A DNA stretch of 34,267 bases from an uncultured Lachnospiraceae bacterium. Its GTDB lineage: Bacteria; Bacillota; Clostridia; Oscillospirales; CAG-272. A program made the position numbers and the translations under genes. The stretch covers positions 1-34,267 of the forward strand of contig CAYZHW010000001.1 in the NCBI GenBank assembly GCA_964478105.1. The letters are read 5' to 3'. Shown here piece after piece: positions 31,431 through 34,267 of the stretch (position 1 is its first letter; the number at the start of each line of letters is the position of its first letter). Under the pieces are notes generated by a model. The model was not told the origin of the DNA. It worked only from the letters and a program-made list of their open reading frames with translations, and searched no databases.

Positions 31431-32216
31431 TTATTCGTACAGATCCGCAGAAACAGAGGACGCTTTGCTTTCGGGATCGAAGTATTCCATCGGGTCGACG
31501 TGGATGCCGTTAACGCTCAGCTCAAAATGCAGATGCGGCTCGTCGGCTATCTCGATGATGGCGCTCTCTCCGATGGCGCCTATGGTCTCACCCGCCGAAA
31601 CTGATGTGCCGACGGCTATATTTGCGGGAAGGTCGGGGTCGAGATTTTTATATATCGAAAGTCCGCCGCCCGTATGGGAGATCGAGATGCATTTGCCCAT
31701 AAGCGGGTCGTCCCAGACCTGCGAGACAGTACCGTCGGCTGCGGCACCTACGGCATCCCCCGAATTGCAGGCGATGTCTATGCCAAGATGCACGCGGTAG
31801 TCATCCATTGTTATCGAATAGACGGCTGTGTCCTCATTGTGAGGCTTAGAGACGGCGCCCTTTACGGGGACGTAAAATGTGGGGAGTGCGGGCGTGGGAA
31901 GGTCTACGTCTTCATAGTTGCCGTCGCCGGGCTTGACTATACCCGAGCCCGTAGTTTCGGGAGGAACAGTGGTATCGGGAGTGTCAAGATTTGTGCGCCT
32001 GTCCTTTGTGGTGTCGGGTGTCGGGCGCGTGTTGGGGGTGTTTGTAGTCGAGGGAGAGAGTGTGGTCTCATTTTTGCCCGTTGTTTCAAGCGCCTCTTTT
32101 CTTGCGCGGTTTACGCTTGAGGTTACGGCTATCACGATAGCCATAGCGCAAAGAACGAGCACCATCGATACGTACAGTATGCGGTTGACTCTTGCTTTGT
32201 TTTCTTTGTTATCCAT
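31431..32216 (-). CDS. M23/LytM-family peptidoglycan metalloendopeptidase, membrane-anchored
   Basis: TM 'ILYVSMVLVLCAMAIVIAV', a T/P-rich linker, 'HLGIDIA' (HxxxD) and 'HLHFEL' (HxH). ATG at 32216 with a GAAAGGA SD. The upstream extension to 32300 is rejected. Confidence 0.85.
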   Translation of the reverse strand: MDNKENKARVNRILYVSMVLVLCAMAIVIAVTSSVNRARKEALETTGKNETTLSPSTTNTPNTRPTPDTTKDRRTNLDTPDTTVPPETTGSGIVKPGDGNYEDVDLPTPALPTFYVPVKGAVSKPHNEDTAVYSITMDDYRVHLGIDIACNSGDAVGAAADGTVSQVWDDPLMGKCISISHTGGGLSIYKNLDPDLPANIAVGTSVSAGETIGAIGESAIIEIADEPHLHFELSVNGIHVDPMEYFDPESKASSVSADLYE

Positions 32217-32375
32217 ATTTGTGTATCCTTTCTGTTTTTGTCTTACACGTGTATTTTGACCTCGAGCGGTGTTTTTTATACAGGAAATATCATTTTTCAA
32301 AAAACTCTTTTCAAAACGTCGCAGATATGTTACAATAATAATTGTAGAAAATCATCGAAAACGGAGGTCGTGCAA

Positions 32376-33008
32376 ATGATAAAAACAGAGCGCATATCGG
32401 TTATGAATTTCGAAAACGCGGTCCGCGGCGCGAGAAACCCTATGAACAGCTGGGACAGAATGGACAGTTATTATGACGAGAACGGTAATTTCGTATTCGG
32501 AGAGAACGATCTTAAGCTTGCAAAGAATCTTTGCCGCTCGGGAAGCGATCACAGAAAGTTTATCCGTCAGATCTTTGTGTCGGTGGATATCACAGCGCCC
32601 CTTTACTGGTGGAAGGAGTTTGACACATACAAGGTAGGCACGGTCGCAAATTCCTGCTCGACTATGCACAAGATACATTCCAAGCCATTTGAGAGAGACG
32701 ATTTCAGCCACGATCATCTCACTCCCGATGCCCTCGATGCGCTCGATGCGCTTATCGCGGTGCTTGAAAAGGAAAGGATCGCATTCGTTGAGACAAAAGA
32801 CAAGTCTCATTGGTACAATATGATCCAGCTTCTTCCCTCGAGCTACAATCAGATGCGCACGGTAACGCTTAATTACGAGAACTTTATCGGAATTTACTAC
32901 GCGCGCCGCCACCACAAGCTCGATGAGTGGCACGATTTCTGCGATATGATAATGGGCTTGCCTTATGCAAGCGAGCTTATCGCGGTAAAAGAAGAGGAAA
33001 AAAATTAA
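32376..33008 (+). CDS. ThyX-fold (Thy1-like) protein lacking the canonical ThyX motif
   Basis: GGAGG SD. By eye it is colinear with the T. maritima ThyX sequence as I recall it ('HRKFIRQIFVSVDITAPLYWWKEF', 'LLPSSYNQMRTVTLNYENFIGIYYARRHHK'). The RHRxxSxxxxSxR region instead reads 'EFDTYKVGTVANSCSTMH'. Confidence 0.55.
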   Translation: MIKTERISVMNFENAVRGARNPMNSWDRMDSYYDENGNFVFGENDLKLAKNLCRSGSDHRKFIRQIFVSVDITAPLYWWKEFDTYKVGTVANSCSTMHKIHSKPFERDDFSHDHLTPDALDALDALIAVLEKERIAFVETKDKSHWYNMIQLLPSSYNQMRTVTLNYENFIGIYYARRHHKLDEWHDFCDMIMGLPYASELIAVKEEEKN

Positions 33009-33016
33009 AAAAACTA

Positions 33017-33055
33017 TTGCATTTTTTTGTAACTTGTGATACACTATGCTATAGT
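33017..33055 (+). promoter_or_regulatory. Candidate promoter(s) of the rimP-nusA operon
   Basis: Two overlapping candidates. One is TTGCAT (33017-33022), N17, TACACT with TGa. The other is TTGTAA (33027-33032), N17, TATAGT (33050-33055) with TGc (extended -10). Confidence 0.45.
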
Positions 33056-33072
33056 AGGATAAAGTAAAGTAG

Positions 33073-33104
33073 GAGAGTGGGTTTTTGCCCACTCTCTGAT
33101 TTTT
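33073..33104 (+). terminator. Leader intrinsic terminator/attenuator upstream of rimP
   Basis: 'gagagtggg-tttttg-cccactctc' followed by 'tgattttt'. It lies between the candidate promoter and the rimP SD (AAAGGAG, 33107-33113). Confidence 0.6.
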
Positions 33105-33125
33105 GAAAAGGAGATTTTTTACCAG

Positions 33126-33596
33126 ATGAAGAGTTCCGGAAAAAACGTCGTCAAGGTCGTGACCGAAGGGCTGCTTCCCACTATCGAAGAGCTCGGCTAT
33201 ATGCTTTGGGACGTTGAATTTGTAAAAGAGGGTTCCGAGTGGTATCTTCGCATTACGATCGATTCCGAAGAGGGAATAACGATAAACGACTGCGAGAAGG
33301 TACACAGAGCGATCGACCCCATCCTAGACCAGATCGATCCCATCGAACAGGCTTATCACCTTGAGGTCTCCTCGCCCGGTATTGAGCGCGAGCTTAAAAC
33401 GCTTGCGCATATGGAATCCTGCCTCGGCTGGGATGTCGAAGCGAGATTTTATGCACCGATAGACGGCAAAAAGAGCATTGTCGGAGTGCTTGCTGATGCC
33501 GACAAGACGACCGTTACGCTTGACGTGAACGGCGATATGCTCACATTTGAGCAAAGCAAGATAGCACAGATAAAAACAGTATATAATTTTGATTAA
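33126..33596 (+). CDS. rimP: Ribosome maturation factor RimP
   Basis: 156-aa ORF with 'LGYMLWDVEFVKEGSEWYLRITIDSEEGITINDCEKVHRAIDPILD' and 'LEVSSPGIEREL'. Located directly upstream of nusA. Confidence 0.9.
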   Translation: MKSSGKNVVKVVTEGLLPTIEELGYMLWDVEFVKEGSEWYLRITIDSEEGITINDCEKVHRAIDPILDQIDPIEQAYHLEVSSPGIERELKTLAHMESCLGWDVEARFYAPIDGKKSIVGVLADADKTTVTLDVNGDMLTFEQSKIAQIKTVYNFD

Positions 33597-33622
33597 ATAT
33601 GAAGGACGGTAAGAAAGAAAAA

Positions 33623-34267
33623 ATGAACACCGAATTTTTCGCAGCACTTGATCTGCTTGAAAAGGAAAAGGGCATTCCGAAGGAATATATGCTCGAGAAG
33701 ATCGAAGCCGCACTTGTAAGCGCATACAAAAAGGAGCAGGACGGCAACAGCAACGTAAGAGTTGCTATCGACCCCGAAAAGAAGCAGGTACGCGTATTCC
33801 AGCAGAAGACGGTCGTTGAAGAGGTGACAAACCCCACCGTCGAGATCTCGCTTGAAGAAGCGCGCACAATAAATAAGAGACACACGGTCGGCAAGATCAT
33901 CGAGACCGAGCTTAAGACAAAGAACTTCAGAAGGCTCAGTGCTCAGGCCGCTAAGCAGGTCATCATTCAGGGTATCCGTGAGGCGGAGAGAAGTATGATG
34001 ATAAAAGAATATGAAGACAAGCGCGAGGAGATTATCACCGCTACAGTAACAAAGACAGATATCGGAAACGGCAACATCGTGCTTGACACGGGCACAAGCG
34101 AGGCAGTGCTTATCGCGCCCGAGCAGATCCCCGGCGAGAGCTTTGCCGTAGGAGACAGGGTAAAGGTTTTTGTAACAGAGGTAAGAAAAGAATCGCTCAA
34201 GGGTCCGCTTGTAACGCTTTCGCGTGTTCATCCCGGACTTGTAAAGAGACTTTTTGAGCTTGAGATC
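33623..34267 (+). CDS. nusA: Transcription termination/antitermination factor NusA (3'-truncated by the window end)
   Basis: The open frame from the ATG at 33623 runs to the window edge (215 codons). It contains 'MNTEFFAALDLLEKEKGIPKEYMLEKIEAALVSAYKK' and the S1-domain region 'ITATVTKTDIGNGNIVLDTG...GDRVKVFVTEV'. It is absent from the ORF track because it has no stop. Confidence 0.9.
   Translation, partial: MNTEFFAALDLLEKEKGIPKEYMLEKIEAALVSAYKKEQDGNSNVRVAIDPEKKQVRVFQQKTVVEEVTNPTVEISLEEARTINKRHTVGKIIETELKTKNFRRLSAQAAKQVIIQGIREAERSMMIKEYEDKREEIITATVTKTDIGNGNIVLDTGTSEAVLIAPEQIPGESFAVGDRVKVFVTEVRKESLKGPLVTLSRVHPGLVKRLFELEI

Overview
This is a 34.3-kb chromosomal segment that looks like a Clostridia-class Firmicute. 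That assignment is an inference from protein motifs, gene order and Gram-positive SD sites, and GC is about 50% by eye. I saw no rRNA, tRNA, CRISPR array, transposase or integrase. The housekeeping backbone is: thiI-proA-proB (minus strand), zapA plus a U32 peptidase, mreB-mreC-mreD-mrdA(PBP2)-nth-ahcY, dagK, a PHP phosphoesterase, a polar amino-acid ABC transporter (binding protein, permease, ATPase), ogg, an M23 peptidase, and rimP-nusA (nusA cut by the window end). Several accessory or unusual modules sit within this backbone. (1) A two-gene ABC-type ATPase plus TOPRIM module at 12.7-14.7 kb has its own promoter and is wedged between ahcY and dagK; it is PARIS/AbiL-like and is my best defence-system candidate. 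(2) A 118-nt structured repeat is present in two direct copies (5975-6092 and 29109-29226). Each copy ends in the start region of an unrelated gene and supplies an SD, a hairpin and an identical MVIIM N-terminus. (3) A tight operon encodes a DUF45/WLM-like metalloprotease, a hypoxanthine-type UDG glycosylase and a methyltransferase-fold protein. (4) A duplicated BlaI/BlaR1-type locus has one sensor decayed to an 80-aa remnant. The other sensor is a 1100-aa M56 protease with an Asp-box (BNR-like) ectodomain in place of a penicillin-binding sensor, followed by a start-codon-poor 669-aa ORF with two IseA-like domains. (5) A Cys-rich protein is paired with a stripped-down helicase-IV-like P-loop protein that carries a topoisomerase-type zinc ribbon. 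(6) A ThyX-fold protein lacks the ThyX catalytic motif. All family assignments come from motifs read by eye, and no database search was run.
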